Shown here one piece after another: positions 36,048 to 49,140 of a DNA stretch of 64,000 nt. Position numbers and translations under genes: made by a program. Numbering within the stretch: the first letter of the stretch is position 1; every line of letters begins with the position of its first letter. This DNA is from Paraspadella gotoi (lineage: Eukaryota; Animalia; Chaetognatha): the NCBI GenBank assembly GCA_051294375.1, contig JBJCIZ010000035.1, forward strand, positions 62,001 through 126,000, given 5' to 3'. The notes below the pieces were generated by a model. That model saw only the letters and a program-made list of their open reading frames with translations. It was not told where the DNA came from and did not search any database.

Positions 36048-38459
36048 TAGAATAATTGCGCGTTAAAAAAATACCAAATATTAAATTTTTAGATAAAAAT
36101 ATTGGAATAAATGAGTGTAATAATAATTTTAAAATATATGGTATATTTTAATTCAGTTACTTATTAAAACCAAGTCTGAAGATGAGAGAGAAAAAAACAA
36201 GATTTAATAGAGAGAGAACAAAAAGAGGAGAGAGAAAAAAAAGAAAGAGTGAATGAGAAAAAGAGAGAGAGAGAAAAAGAAAGAGAGAGAGTAAGAAAAA
36301 GTGATAGAGAGAAAGAGAGGAGTAACAGACCAAGGGTGAGAAATAATTTCCTTCATGATATAATAACTAACTATAATCAGGTATAAACATAATCCTTTTC
36401 TCAATCTAAACTTTGCCGTCTCCTTTAACTCGGCCCCCTGGAGGGAGCAGTTTTTTGACCTCCCAAGGGGCGTACCGCCAAGGGGCAAGAATCTTTTTTT
36501 GAGCCGCCAGGGGGCTAAGATTAAGGGGCGCACCTCAATAGCTAACAAAATGTCTCTGGCCCCAGGGGAACCCCCCTGCGGCAGCCCCCTGAGGCAATCG
36601 CAGAGGCGGGCGTCGCCCCCTCAATGAGCCATCTTTGCTGCTCCCCCTAGAATAGTCTGCCCCCCTGGTGGGCCCCGCCTCTAGAGCCGCCCCGCGGGGC
36701 GGCGTAGGATATTTGGGGATGACCACTGAATACTCGAGAGTGGAAGTTCACCCAATGCCAAGTGCGAAAATGATCTACTAATCGGGCCATGACCACCTTT
36801 TAACCAAAATTAAGTTCTTCCTAAAGACTTCCGCACATTGACTTATTAAGCCGCAAGCTTTTAATCAAAGAGAGCATATCCGATATACAAATATCTTAGA
36901 AAACTTTTCATGGATAAATGTGATATTGATGTTGGTCGCAATAATTACTACAACCAATTTTGCGGAAGTAGTAAAATAATTCTTTCTTTCAACTATTTTT
37001 TTAGCAGCTGCAATATAGTATTATATGATCGTAGTGGACTCGTTGTTCGTAAACAATTTCTCTTGAAACTTTATTAAATATATATATAAAATTATCTTTT
37101 ATCTTATCATACACAGAAAGGAATATCTGTGCTACCCTGTATTGCCTAATCCAGAATTTAAATTACCCAACCTTTTTTTTTAAGTTATGCCAATATTAAA
37201 TTTTGATTAATAAAGTTTTGAGTTGCCTTTTGTTGTCACGTTTTTCTGACATTTTCCTCTGAACAGCTGTGGTTGACAGGCCAAGTTGTCTCGGGCACGA
37301 ATGAACGGCACAGCCCCTATAACAACTCCCTCCTCCTCTTTAAGTATTTTTTTGAAACTAATTTAATATTACGTTTGAGGCAATGGTCAGTTGGACAAGT
37401 AATGCTTGTATTACAAACTTAAAGAAAAAAACATTTTCAAATGGCGCCCTTTAAAACTAAAGAAGTTTATTATTTATTTACAGTTTCATCATGTTTATTT
37501 CTGCGTTTGTTACTTATAAATTATTTATAATGTTTTTTTCATAAAAGTATTGAAGATGCTGAATAAAAACGACTTTTCGTCCTTCTCCTTCATAGTGATT
37601 TTTATCCGGAAATCTGCTATACAGCAGATTCGCGGATCTATAATTCACTTTGTCGGTCCGTGGTCCGCCCCCCAAGTCTTGTCGGGCTTATTCTTTATTA
37701 GAACCATCAAAATTATGAAAAAATTATGCATTGACGGCAAAATGGTTTGGTTTACAACCGGAATTTTCTATTTTCATAAGCACATGCATCACGTAATCTT
37801 TTCGGCTCAGATGCCAAGCCTTCTTTCTCAGCAGTCAAATGATTTGTCATGATAAAATCTTATGCCAAAAAAATTGATGGTCCGCTCCATTTGTCTTGTC
37901 ATCCTGTTTCTGGCTCCGTTCCCCACCTTAGAAAATAAACACCCCAAGTAACTTGTGATATCCTTGATGGGATGGATTGGAATAAAAATTTTGTATGGTG
38001 GGTAGGAAAGTGTGTGAGGCTCTGACCGCAGGAAATAAAGTTTCGATGGAAATCGCTCTAAGCGGAAAATGATTTTAAATGGAAATAAAACAATCAATTA
38101 ATTTCACTATTTTATTATTGCTTTTTTAATTTTTATATTAAATGTAACAATTCAAGCCTGCATTTAATAAGTAGTTCATAAACATCTGTTATAATTATAA
38201 GTTATTAATTATTGTACATTAATAATTTATATTAAATATTTATTGTAATCCGAGATTGTTGTTTAGTGATTGAGAGGCGAGACAAAGTAAAAAACGATTT
38301 TGAAACGAAATAAAAAAATTAATTCAAATTAAAGTTAATTAATTCATTAAGTCATTATCTGATCAGCTGCTTACCGCTAATTGATTAGTGGGCAGACTCG
38401 TGCATTGTCTGTGCCCAAACTTGTTCTGTTGTTTTCTAGTTTCTTCCCCTATTCCTGAG

Positions 38460-38850
38460 CGGTCTTCTTTTCATTCTTTCTGTTCTGCTCTTTCTTTTCA
38501 TCTTCTGTCTGCGCTGTTCTTTCTTTTCGTTTTTTCTCTTTTGTTCTGGTTTTCTTTTTCCTCTCTTTCTTTCCTTTCTCTCTTTCCTTTCTCGTTTTCC
38601 TTTTCTCTCTTTCTTTTCTCGTTTTCTATTTCTTCTCTCTTTCTTTTACCGTCTTCTTTCATCTCTTTCTTTCTCGTTTTCTTTTTCTCTCTTTTTTTCT
38701 CGTTTTCTTTTCTCTCTTTTTACTCGTTTTCTTTTCTACTCTTTTTTACTCGTTTCCTTTTTCTCTCTTTTTTACTCGTTTTCTTTTTCTCTCCTTTTTC
38801 TCGTTCTCTTTCTTTCTTCTTTTCTTTTTTCTTTCATTTCTTTCTTCTGT
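38460..38850. repeat. CT-rich low-complexity tandem repeat (~23 bp)
   Basis: Repeated TTTTCTCTCTTTTTACTCGTTTTC variants. Confidence 0.85.
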
Positions 38851-41627
38851 TCAGTCGTTTCCCTTTATAAAAGGTTATATATCATTCTTTCTTACATTTA
38901 CTGTAGCACTGTTAATTTTAGTACCAGTCAATTCTAAATAAGATGTTCTTCAAAATACATTCTGACATTTGTCCCCCTTCTTGCTTTTGTCTTCAACAAA
39001 TTCTCTATGGAAAGCAAAATACGGATACCAAAATCCACTTTGCATAATCGCAGTCATTTCAAGAATCTTCTTCAGTTTTTAATAGTATTAAGGATGTATA
39101 CTTGACGTAAACCGAGCTTGATATGCGACAAGTCATAATATTTCGATATGCGCCGGTCAATTAAAATTTATTCAAGCTGCCCGAGAACAACGCATGTATT
39201 AGCTATTTAAAAAATAGAAGTATCCTGTTACTCCAGTACTCTTAAAGAGGACGTGCCGTCTGTGAGTTGCTTCCCACGATCCTTCAAGAGAGTATAAATC
39301 TAGCTAATTCATGCAATATTTTTGGATCGCATCGACCAAATTACGTAACTCATCTTACATCAGCGTATCTGTCAACTGTGCTAAAATTTATCCCAAATAC
39401 GAGCGAATATTTAAAGTATGTAAAACTTCTAATGAAACATAACACTGAAAGCCTACTGTCAACTTATGAAGTATCTCTCCGAGATGAGAGATAACGACTA
39501 CCACTACTTAATAAAATCCCAATATATTAGCTTGATATTATACGATCATAAGGACAGCGCGAGATCGGCATATTAGTTGTAACAACTATGTCATGAGTAA
39601 GAGATTCTACCCTTGACTGTATGGTTAGGAATAGATATTAAAGCAATGATGTTATCAACTCCACATCTCCAGGGCCATGCTGTGGAGCCAGTTGTGAAGG
39701 CTGTGGATGGAAAGAAGCACTTTCAAATTGACGGCTGAAATAATCTTGTATGAGTTCCTCACTAATAAAGTTGAGGTGGACGGGCTAAACAAGTCATATT
39801 TTCAAGACCACCATTAATCTTTTTAGTCAAAGTGCTAGCAAAAATCCCTTATAAGCCACAGGGGTTATTGCTAACGGGTGTTGAAGCAAATTCCGCATGA
39901 GATTTGGCGCAAACATATTTTTATCACGCCCCCACATCATTGTGCCGGATGCTAAATTAGCAATTGAGCTACTAAAATTTTGAAATTTTTGGCACACCCT
40001 ACCGCCATGGTGGTCTATGTCGATCCTTCTGCATGCCGCGCATCTGTTTCCCGTCCCTATTGAGCGAGGAACGACCCTCTTCAACTCGTCCGCCGTTCGA
40101 ATCGCAATGGTCTCCCATTCGCCAATCTGGCGGTCCAGACCCGACGGATCCCCTGATGCCATGTCTAAAACAAAAACGCAAGAAAAAGTTAAGATAAGGC
40201 CTGTGAGAGACCTTGGGAAAAATATGAAATGGTAACGAATTTTTCTGATCTTAATTATCTATTTGTTATAAAAAAATTAAGGCCTATTATTTATTTATAA
40301 CTCCTTGCTTATAATTAAATCAGAATAGTCTCACTTCAAATTCGATGTCCTTTTGTTGAATCTCTGTATTTGCGAAGGCTCGGAAAAAAATTTGGAAAAA
40401 ATTGACGCGATGGGATTTTCTCTCTTTTAATTTGTAGAAATTTAGGTAGCGAAGAACGAGTAATTTCAATGGAGGCAAAAAAACTTTTTTCGTAACCAGC
40501 GCTGAACACCAAGTGGAGGACGGAATTTTTAGTGAAAAGAATTCGAGACCAAAGTAAAATGAACGAGGGTTTATTTCAGTATAACATCGAAGGGAAATGC
40601 GCGCGAGAATAAAATAACAATGACTTTTATATGAACTACTTTGTTTACCAAAGTAGGAATGTGAAAGGGAATGGAATTTTAGGTCGAGAAATATTATTGA
40701 CATTTTTGCAATTTTCAAAATTCTTTCTCACGAACTTCACTCCTTTTTTCATAATATTTTTATATTTTTGGATAGAGAATGACTGGAATAATGTAAATCT
40801 TAAGTTACGTCTAAATTGGCCTGTGGATTTAGAAGAAATAGACCAAAAACAACCAAAATTCCTCTCCCTTTTTTCAACATTCTCGCCGATTCTGACTTCC
40901 TCTTACAAACTTATAATTCTGGGAGTTAATTTTTAGTCGGATCTGCTTATCAGCAGATCCGACTCTATAACTCACTTTGTCGGTCCGTCGGTCCGCCCCC
41001 TCAATATTGTCGGGCACACACTTATATCATGTCAGAACATCGAATTATGATAAATTATGCAAAAAAAATGATGTCCGTCCGTCCGTCTGTCTGTCCGTCC
41101 GTCCGTCCCACCTTAGCAAAAAACTCCAATTACTCGTGATTGGATGGATGGATTGGTATGAAATTTTGTGTGTGGGTAGTAAACTGTGTGATTGAGATGG
41201 ATATGAAGTTTCGAGGGAATCGTGCGAGTGGAAATGGGTTTAAATGGGAAAAAAAAAATTTCACTATTTGAACGTCAATTGCTCATGAGTGGATAAGGCA
41301 ATTGACTTGAAATTTTGTATGATGGTAGGAAAGTTTGTGATTGAGCTGGATATAAAGTTTCGATGGAATCGTGCAAGTGGAAATGAGTTAAAATGGAAAA
41401 AACAAAAGTCATATTTACTTGAAGTATTTTTACTTAAATTTACTCATAATTATTATGTTTATTAAAAATTGGATAGATAAATCGAAATTGAATTTTGTGT
41501 GTGGGTAGGAAAGTATGTGATAAAGCTGGATATAAATTTTTTGATGGAATCGTAGGAGTGGAAAAAGTTCAAATTAGAAAACCAAAAGACACATTTATTT
41601 GAATTTTTTAAAGTTTCTCTCTCTCTC

Positions 41628-41658
<31 letters not shown>

Positions 41659-41728
41659 CCAAATTATGCCAATTGACAAAAATATGCCAGTTGACCAAAT
41701 TCTGCAAGTTGACCAAATTATGCCAGTT

Positions 41729-42506
41729 TCTGGTGGTCCTATCACCACAGATAAATTTAAGCTGTTGCTTTCGCAGCGCCTCGGTGGCTCGCAGGTGGAC
41801 GTAATGGCACTCCCATCCGCAAATGTTGCGATGCCCATTGAGGTTCGAGCCCGTGAGGTTTCATGTTAGGAAGAAGATGATGGACCGGGCTAACCCGCCT
41901 GGTTTAGGCCATGGAGCCTGACGTGCCAGATCGCAAAGCTACTCGGAAGTACATGACATGCTGTTCTGCGCTTGGTCGCCACGAGGTGACACCGGCTCGC
42001 GGCTGTGGCGGCCGCTGTAAAAACAGCCTCTTTCAATGGTGAGCCCGAGTGGATCCCGAAACACGCAACCGGGCATGATAATATCGCTTGCCTTGATGAT
42101 GGTTTTGAGCTACACAGCTTTGCCAACTCAAAGCCAAGGCCACGCAGAATGAAGATGAGGTTCAGCGGAGGAGAACATGCGCTTGCATCCCCTGCTTCGT
42201 ACTCTTCATGATGCGAGAGTCCTGGGGGCGGCTGTCCTGGTGGTCCTATCACCACAGATAAATTAAAGCTGTTTGCTTTCGCAGCGCCTCGGTGGTCAGC
42301 TGACTAATGCACCATTCCAATGTGCGTCCCTGGTTCCAGCCTGAGGTTGTCATGTAGAAAGTGGGATGGACGGGCGGGTAACCCGCCTGTAGGCATGGGC
42401 CTACTGCCAGATCCAAAGCTGCTGGACTACATGAACATGCTGTCTCGCTGTCGCCACGAAGGTGACACGCCTGCGGGTGTGGCGCCCTTGTAAAACCAGC
42501 CTCTTA
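41729..42506 (+). mobile_element. Complete TRIM with tRNA-like Pol III promoter in its LTRs
   Basis: LTR1 41729-42035, PBS TGGTGAGCCCGAGTG 42037-42051, ~200-bp non-coding interior, PPT CTGGGGGCGG at ~42222, LTR2 ~42235-42506, 4-bp TSD AGTT; A-box 41785-41795, B-box GGTTCGAGCCC 41842-41852. Confidence 0.88.
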
Positions 42507-42990
42507 AGTTGACCAAATTATGCCAGTTGACCAAATTCTGCAAGTTGACCAAATTATGCCTGTTACCAATTATGCCTGTTGACCAAATTTATGCCTGTTG
42601 ACCAAATTAGGCCAGTTGACCAAATTAGGCCAGTTGATAAAATTTGCCAGTTGACCAAATTATGCTGGTTGACCAAATTATTTAATTGATCAAATTATGT
42701 CAGTTGACCAAATATATGTCAGTTGACCAAATTATGTCAGCTAGACCAAATTATGTCAGTTGACCAAATTATGCAAGTTGATTAAATTATGCAAGTTGAC
42801 CAAGTTAGCTTATTACCACTTAATTATCGATTGACCTGGAATTTTGTATGTGAGTAGAAAAGTGTGTGATTGAACAGGAAACCAAGTTTCGATGGAATCT
42901 TTTGAGTGGAAATGAGTTTAAATGGAAAAAAAACAAAAAACCTGTTTCTCTAATTGATTATGATTCTTTCCTTTATATTAAATGTATATG

Positions 42991-43881
42991 TGTAGAATCG
43001 AACCCAAGTATTTTGATCCACAATTGATCCTGACGCCTCGACGCCAATTCGGATCGATATTTACTGTTTGTTTTTAACTTTTTTTATATTATAAAAATAA
43101 GTTATTAAATTATTTAAATTAATAATAAAAACGTCGCGACCTGGTCTCGAACTCGGGATTTCCAATCCACTCGTCATGTCTTAACCAGAGTCGCCACTGA
43201 AATAGTTACTCTGTTTCTTTCAAATCTTGCTTATAACATTTCCCTTATAATAATAGAATTGATCTTTTGTTATCAATTAACAAAGGAACACTGTCAAATA
43301 TCAATAAGCAGCTGATTCCATATTTATATTATTTTTCTTTGTTATTCCAGTTAAAGTCTGGAAACCATTTTGAATTCTTCAGAGGAAATTAACTGCATTT
43401 ACATCCATATTAATTTCTCTTCGATTCGTTATTATTTAATTACTGTCAATTAATTAATTGTTTTATTATTGTTTACATATAGCTATTTGAATTGCTTGAT
43501 GGCAAAAGCACTTCGAATATCTATATGCTTTGATTATTTATTAAGGTATTGCTTTTAACGATTAACCAAGCAAGTTGGTTTAGAAACCTTTTATTGACGC
43601 CATCATAACTCTGCCACGTACGTGCGTCAGCGTCACGCCAGCGTTAAGTCATTTCCGGTTCAATTAAAAAACTCTTCTAATCGAACTAAAATCAAGTCTA
43701 CGTCACGTTGAGTCACGCCACGTCTCTAACGCCTTCTTACGACGCCGGTAACGACGCCAGCGGCGACGCCACTTCGCGGCCACGCCCACTCTCATTCAAG
43801 CGAGCCAATCTCTTCGTTGATTCGCCTGACGTTGGATGGCGTTATTCTGCATCAAATTTGAATTGTCCTACGCCATCTACA
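42991..43881. mobile_element. 891-bp solo LTR with two minus-strand tRNA-like cassettes
   Basis: TGTAGA...TCTACA termini, perfect TSD TATG; an empty site is visible (inverted) at ~6981-7000. Confidence 0.85.
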
Positions 43882-44574
43882 TATGCAGGATGTATTAATA
43901 AATCAAATAATTAATCAGTAATTAATCAATTAGTCATTAATTAATCAATAATTAATTAATCAGTCAATCAATTGTCCATCCGTCCACCTTAGCAAAAAGC
44001 TCCAATAACTCGTGATTGGCTGTTTGGATTGGAATGAAATGGTGGGTAGGAAAGTGTGTGTGATAAAGCTGGATATAAAGTTCTGCGAACGTGTGAGTGG
44101 AAATGAGTTTAAGTGGAAAAAACATAAGTCGCATTTACTAAAATATTTTTACTTATTTTAACTAATAAGTACTCTAATTAATCATAATTGGATGGATAGA
44201 TTGAGTTCAAATTTTTTGTGTGGGTAGAAAAATGTGTAACGATGCTTGATATAAAGTTTTCGGTGGAAACGTACGAGTGGAAATGAGTTTAAATGAAAAA
44301 AATATGAGTCACATTTACTTGAATCTTTTTACTTATTTTAACCCATATTAGATTGAGATGAAATTTTGTGAGCGGGTAGGAAAGTGTGTGAAGAAGCTAG
44401 ATATAAAGTTTTGACGGAATTGTGCAGTGTAAATGAGTTTAAATGGAAAAAACATAAGTCACATTTACTTGAATCTTTATTATTCATGATTACTAATTTA
44501 TGATTACTAATAAATGTTTTAATTAATTAATTAATTAATTAATGTGAAAAAATGATGCAATTTAAAAAATCCTA

Positions 44575-44601
44575 AAAGCATAAGGATCGTCGCATTGCAC
44601 A

Positions 44602-44633
<32 letters not shown>

Positions 44634-44765
44634 CAGAAAATTGAGCATAAGGATCGTCTCAATTGCAAAGAGAGAAAGAGAGAGAGAGAGAGAAAGCAGA
44701 AAAATGAGCATAAGGATCGTTGCAATTGCAAAGAGAGAGAGAGAGAGAGAGAGAGAAAAAGAAAG
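44575..44765. repeat. Three tandem ~60-66 bp units containing a HINE subterminal word and a GA microsatellite
   Basis: GCATAAGGATCGT...TTGCA plus (GA)n at ~44578, ~44645 and ~44708. Confidence 0.85.
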
Positions 44766-46199
44766 AGACAGTCCGAGATAAAAATTAGCGAATAAAAAAG
44801 TTGTTATTTTACTCACTGAATAAAAATACTTAAAATACTTACAAAATACATAAAATTGATAAAATTTTTATTCCGATAACATTGTTTAATCACATGCAAT
44901 ATATCTAGTAAGGCGGGCCAAAATTGAACACTTTTTATAACTTCTAGTTCTCCCAAAAAAAATAGTTTTCCCTTCTACTACTAAATTGATTTTCAATGTA
45001 ACTTTTTGAATTAGTTCATTGAGTTGTTGCACTGAAGCTTTTAAATATTTATTAATATATAACAAATGACAAAAAAAAAATTTAAAAATTTGATTTTTTT
45101 AAGAACGGGTTCTTGTAGAGCTTAAAAAGTTAAATGAAAGTTAGTACTATAATTTTTTCAAATTTTGACAATAAATTGGTTAAAAATAGAAAAAACCTTA
45201 AAAAATCATCATCATCATCATTATTGGCTGAATTTTATTTTTTTTAATTTTTCATTAATAAAACAAAAAAATTGAATCTTTAATATTAATGATTACTAAT
45301 AAATGTTTCAATTAATTAATTAATTAATGTGAAAAAATGATGCAAGTTAAAAAAATCTTAAAAGCATAAAGATCGTCGCAATTGCATAAAAAGAGAGAGA
45401 AAGAGAGAGAGAGAGAAGGAGACATAAAATAAAATAGAGGATATTTGTTTGTTTTGATAAAATGTAAACAAAACATATTTAATAACTGTCCTAACCCAAT
45501 TTTAAGGACATCGATGATGATAAGTTGAATATAAATTTAAAATTATTTATTACTTTTTAAAATTAATTAATTAATCAATTAATTAATTAATTAATTTCTG
45601 ATGGATTTTGATGGAATACGGGAAGTTGAACAAGAAATATAATTACAGCTTTTAAAAATTCTTTTATTTTCTCAATAAAAATTTAACAAAAACTGATAAA
45701 GATGATGAGTTTTTACGGTTTTTCTTATTTTTTCACCTACTTATCATAAAAATATTTAAAAAGGAATTAAACTTTGTGTAAACAGCTTTTTGTGAGCCAT
45801 CTGAATCTGATCTTAAAGTTGTAAATTTTTTTCAAAATATTACGGGCCTTTCCTATCTATAAATAAATATTAAAAAAATAATTACTAGGGTATAAAGCCA
45901 TATAAAAAATTTTTTGTCCATAAAATGTATACTTAAAAATGTAAAAATTTTTGTTTGAGCATGTACTGACTAGCCCCATTGAGTGCGGCTACCCCTACTA
46001 CTAAAATCGATAGGAATTTATTCTCAGCTGATGCGGAAAATTGTCAAGGACAGAATTGATAACAGATGTGAATTGTTAAGAAAAAACTTAGAAACAGGTG
46101 AAATTAACAATTCGGATCTAGCTTTTGATAAATGTTCAGGCGAATTACTCCAGCATGGAGAACCAATCTCAATTGTAGAGTTAGTGAATCACGTGTATT

Positions 46200-49140
46200 T
46201 CCCAGCAATGGGAGAAAATCAACTCTCAGTAAAAGAAGCTTTTTTTTCATAATTTTGCACAATTACTGGAGTCACTCGGAGATGAACATCTCCAGAAGCG
46301 GAACATCGACGCGGATGTGACAGTAAAGCTTGTTCAGCTTTCTTTAGAAGCTGACTTAGAATAGTTTGAACGTAAGGACGCGTTGACCAATGTGATGAAA
46401 AGTCCGATGCTGAAGCTGGAAGAGGCCAGGGCTCTTGTCCGGGTTGAGCATGAATTGGAAGACCCAGTCTTGGCTCCTCCCGCAGCTTTTCAGGATCGCG
46501 ATGCAATTTATCCATCACAGCGAATGGCTGCTTGTTTCTCCATTTATAAGGATGAATCAACCCATGGACGAGTTTCACCTCTCCAACGTAGCGACGCAAG
46601 AACCGTCCTTTATCTGAAAGAAAGGAAAAACCCGGTTAAACGCGGATCTCTTTCTTCTTGTGAAAATAAATAAAGGTAAGCCCACCTTCTTCTCCCCATA
46701 GTAATGTCCAAGGTTTTAAAAGGCGACGTCATCGTCAGGCCTCTCATGTCTTGCCCATGGACTACAGTGGAGATAAGGATGATCAATTGGGCGTCCTTTG
46801 GAAAGAGAGGCTGCTCTCGGCAAGGAAGAATAGTGCGGAACTGAAGAAAAGGGATGCTGTCAATCAATCAGCTGATGAAGACCATGATGCGATCAAATTT
46901 GCCGCAATAATTACACCTAAGTCAAAAAAGAAAAAGATTAAAATTACGAATTGCCCTCAATCCAAGGTTTTTGGAGTTAATGAATGCCTAGGTGAATTGG
47001 TGCCTGAAGATATCTCACCCGTCACTGATGATGGCAATGATAACAAAAAACCTTTCAAACATACAATAAATACTATTTTTGAAATGGTCACATGACAAGA
47101 GTTAAATAAAAGACAAAAAACTCGGACAAAACGGTCGTGGGGGGTGTATGGTAAATGAGGCGGGATCCAAGAACATCCACACCAGTCAATGCTTTGGATG
47201 AAGACCCCGCATATTCAACCCTTTTGTCTGCGATAAGAAAAAAACTCTAAGACGAAAAAGCCAAGGATTGGAGAAAGGATTCGGATAGTGATTCTGATGA
47301 ATTTGGCCATACAAAGTAACCTAATGACGACATGGATCTTGAAACAAGATCTATGCCATGGGGGCGAAGGCACAAAGGCCATTCACCTGATTAAAGCTGT
47401 TGACAACTTTAGGACAAATAATTTTATGGCACAACAGGTGAAATTTGAAGACAAAATTTGCAAACGAATTATGCAAAACAGCGATTTGGCCAGTGCAGAC
47501 TATACTGTGTCTTTTTTATGACCCATCAAAAAAAGGCAAACTATTAAAGGCAAAGAAAAACTACTCCTTTGATAGATCAATCCATCTGGGATAAGGATCA
47601 CAAGACCTTACAAATTATGATACACAATGAGAAATCTTAATCTTGATGAAGCAGAAAAAAGAATTCTAATTCTGCATGGCATGGGCATTGAAAAGATTAG
47701 ATCTGTTGTGATGGATCATCTGTCGTTTGAGAAGATTGCATCAATACTGTCAATAATGTTTGGCTCTCTCTCTCTTCAAAAAAACATTTGAAGAAGGCAA
47801 GCCAAGACAAAGCAGAAAAGAAAGAACAAGCATATTTTCTCCCCATTGTGTCAGAGAAGTCGTGAGCACTTTTCTTCACTCGTTTTCAGAGATAGAAGTT
47901 ATGCCATGGCCAGGCAGGTCTGGAGAAGAACACTTGGTTTTACAAACTCAAGTTTCTTACCATGGTACCCATTCTAAAGAAAACCATTAAAGAGGCATTA
48001 TCATGGGATATGACTCAAATTAAATAAAAATAAATGAACAAAAATAAATTTAAAAAAATCATTCAATATAACAGTATTATCTAATTTAAATGTAGATGCA
48101 CCCTCTATTTCCGGAGGACAACGCTGGCATCCCCATCCCAAACAGATAAATAATATTATATTTAAATACTTAACAAAATATTCTAACAAATAAATGAATT
48201 CATAAATAATAGTTATTTTAAATACAAAAAAAAATAAATAAAGATAGTGAAACAAGTAATCTTGCAACTTTTATAAAAAATAATATAATAATATAATATA
48301 TATAATAATTTAATTTTGTTTGCAGTGAGGAGACTGAGCACGTCAATGAAATTTTTGCTTTTCAACAAAAATCCTTCTGAACTGAGAGAAAACTTGTCTT
48401 TTCTTCAATTCATGTTGAATGGATCGTGCTTACACCCAATCACTGGAGAAACGCCTTTTGAGACGCTTTCCTCTCGGGAAGCCTCATATTTTCATTCTCT
48501 GCTGGTCAAGAGTTCTTGCAAGACAGAGTGGAAAAAATGAGAAAAATAATTTCAGTTTTCCGTGAAAAATATGTTTACTATTCAGAGAGAGTCTCAACGT
48601 TTAGAACAGTAAACTCAGAAAATTTTCAAGAAGGAGAAAATGTCTGGATAAAAATTTTTTCAGCTAAGAAACATTTGAAATACTTAAAATCAGTCTTGCC
48701 TCGTTACCGTTTAGCAAAAATCATCAAAATAGTCTCACCTGTTTCGCTGATGCTTGAAGAGTTGTCCACTGGAAGGCTGGTCTCACGACACATTGTGGAT
48801 GTTTTTAAAATGGCGCCAACGTCGTCATTTGGAAATGTTTTCACTGACACGAAGAGCGCCCGCGTTCGCGAAATGGAAGATTTTGAGGGTGATGACGATT
48901 TTAGCAATAAAAAACTTGAACTCGGTGACCGAAGTGGAAATGTAGCGGAGGCGGGTCTGGAAAACCTTAAAATGGCAAACCAGGACCCAGAGAACGATCG
49001 GAGAGCAGACGATTCGAATGATAAACCGCGATCCTCCTCCCGGAGATCGGAAAGAACAAAGTCTCAAAAACAAAAAACGGCGAAAAAACTGAACGTAGAT
49101 ACAACTTACGAGCGAGAAATGGAGTTAACTATAAAGAATA
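46200..49140 (+). pseudogene. pol: Degenerate Ty3/gypsy pol (RNase H/integrase fragments)
   Basis: FMLNGSCLHPITGETPFETL and LPRYRLAKIIKIVSPVSLMLEELSTGRLVSRHIVDV resemble the integrase C-terminal region; weaker RNase H-like SDARTVLYL; many frameshifts; AT-rich stretch at ~48000-48315. Confidence 0.7.

Larger units (their letters stand above)
29245..36735. mobile_element. DNA-transposon-derived element with GC-rich ends (about 2.5 kb once the duplication is removed)
   Basis: GAGAGTGG at 29237-29244 and 36736-36743; imperfect TIRs AGTAT...GTCATCC; CCCC/GGGG-rich subterminal blocks at both ends. Confidence 0.6.
40931..45600 (+). mobile_element. HINE-like composite carrying the TRIM and solo-LTR insertions
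   Basis: Perfect hairpin AGTCGGATCTGCT-TATC-AGCAGATCCGACT at 40935-40964 after a T-run, GTCC/GTCT microsatellite at ~41073-41108, internal repeats matching 6250-7865 inverted. Confidence 0.7.

Noticed and set aside
38388-38870. 160-aa hydrophobic ORF
   Set aside because: Translation of a CT-rich low-complexity repeat.
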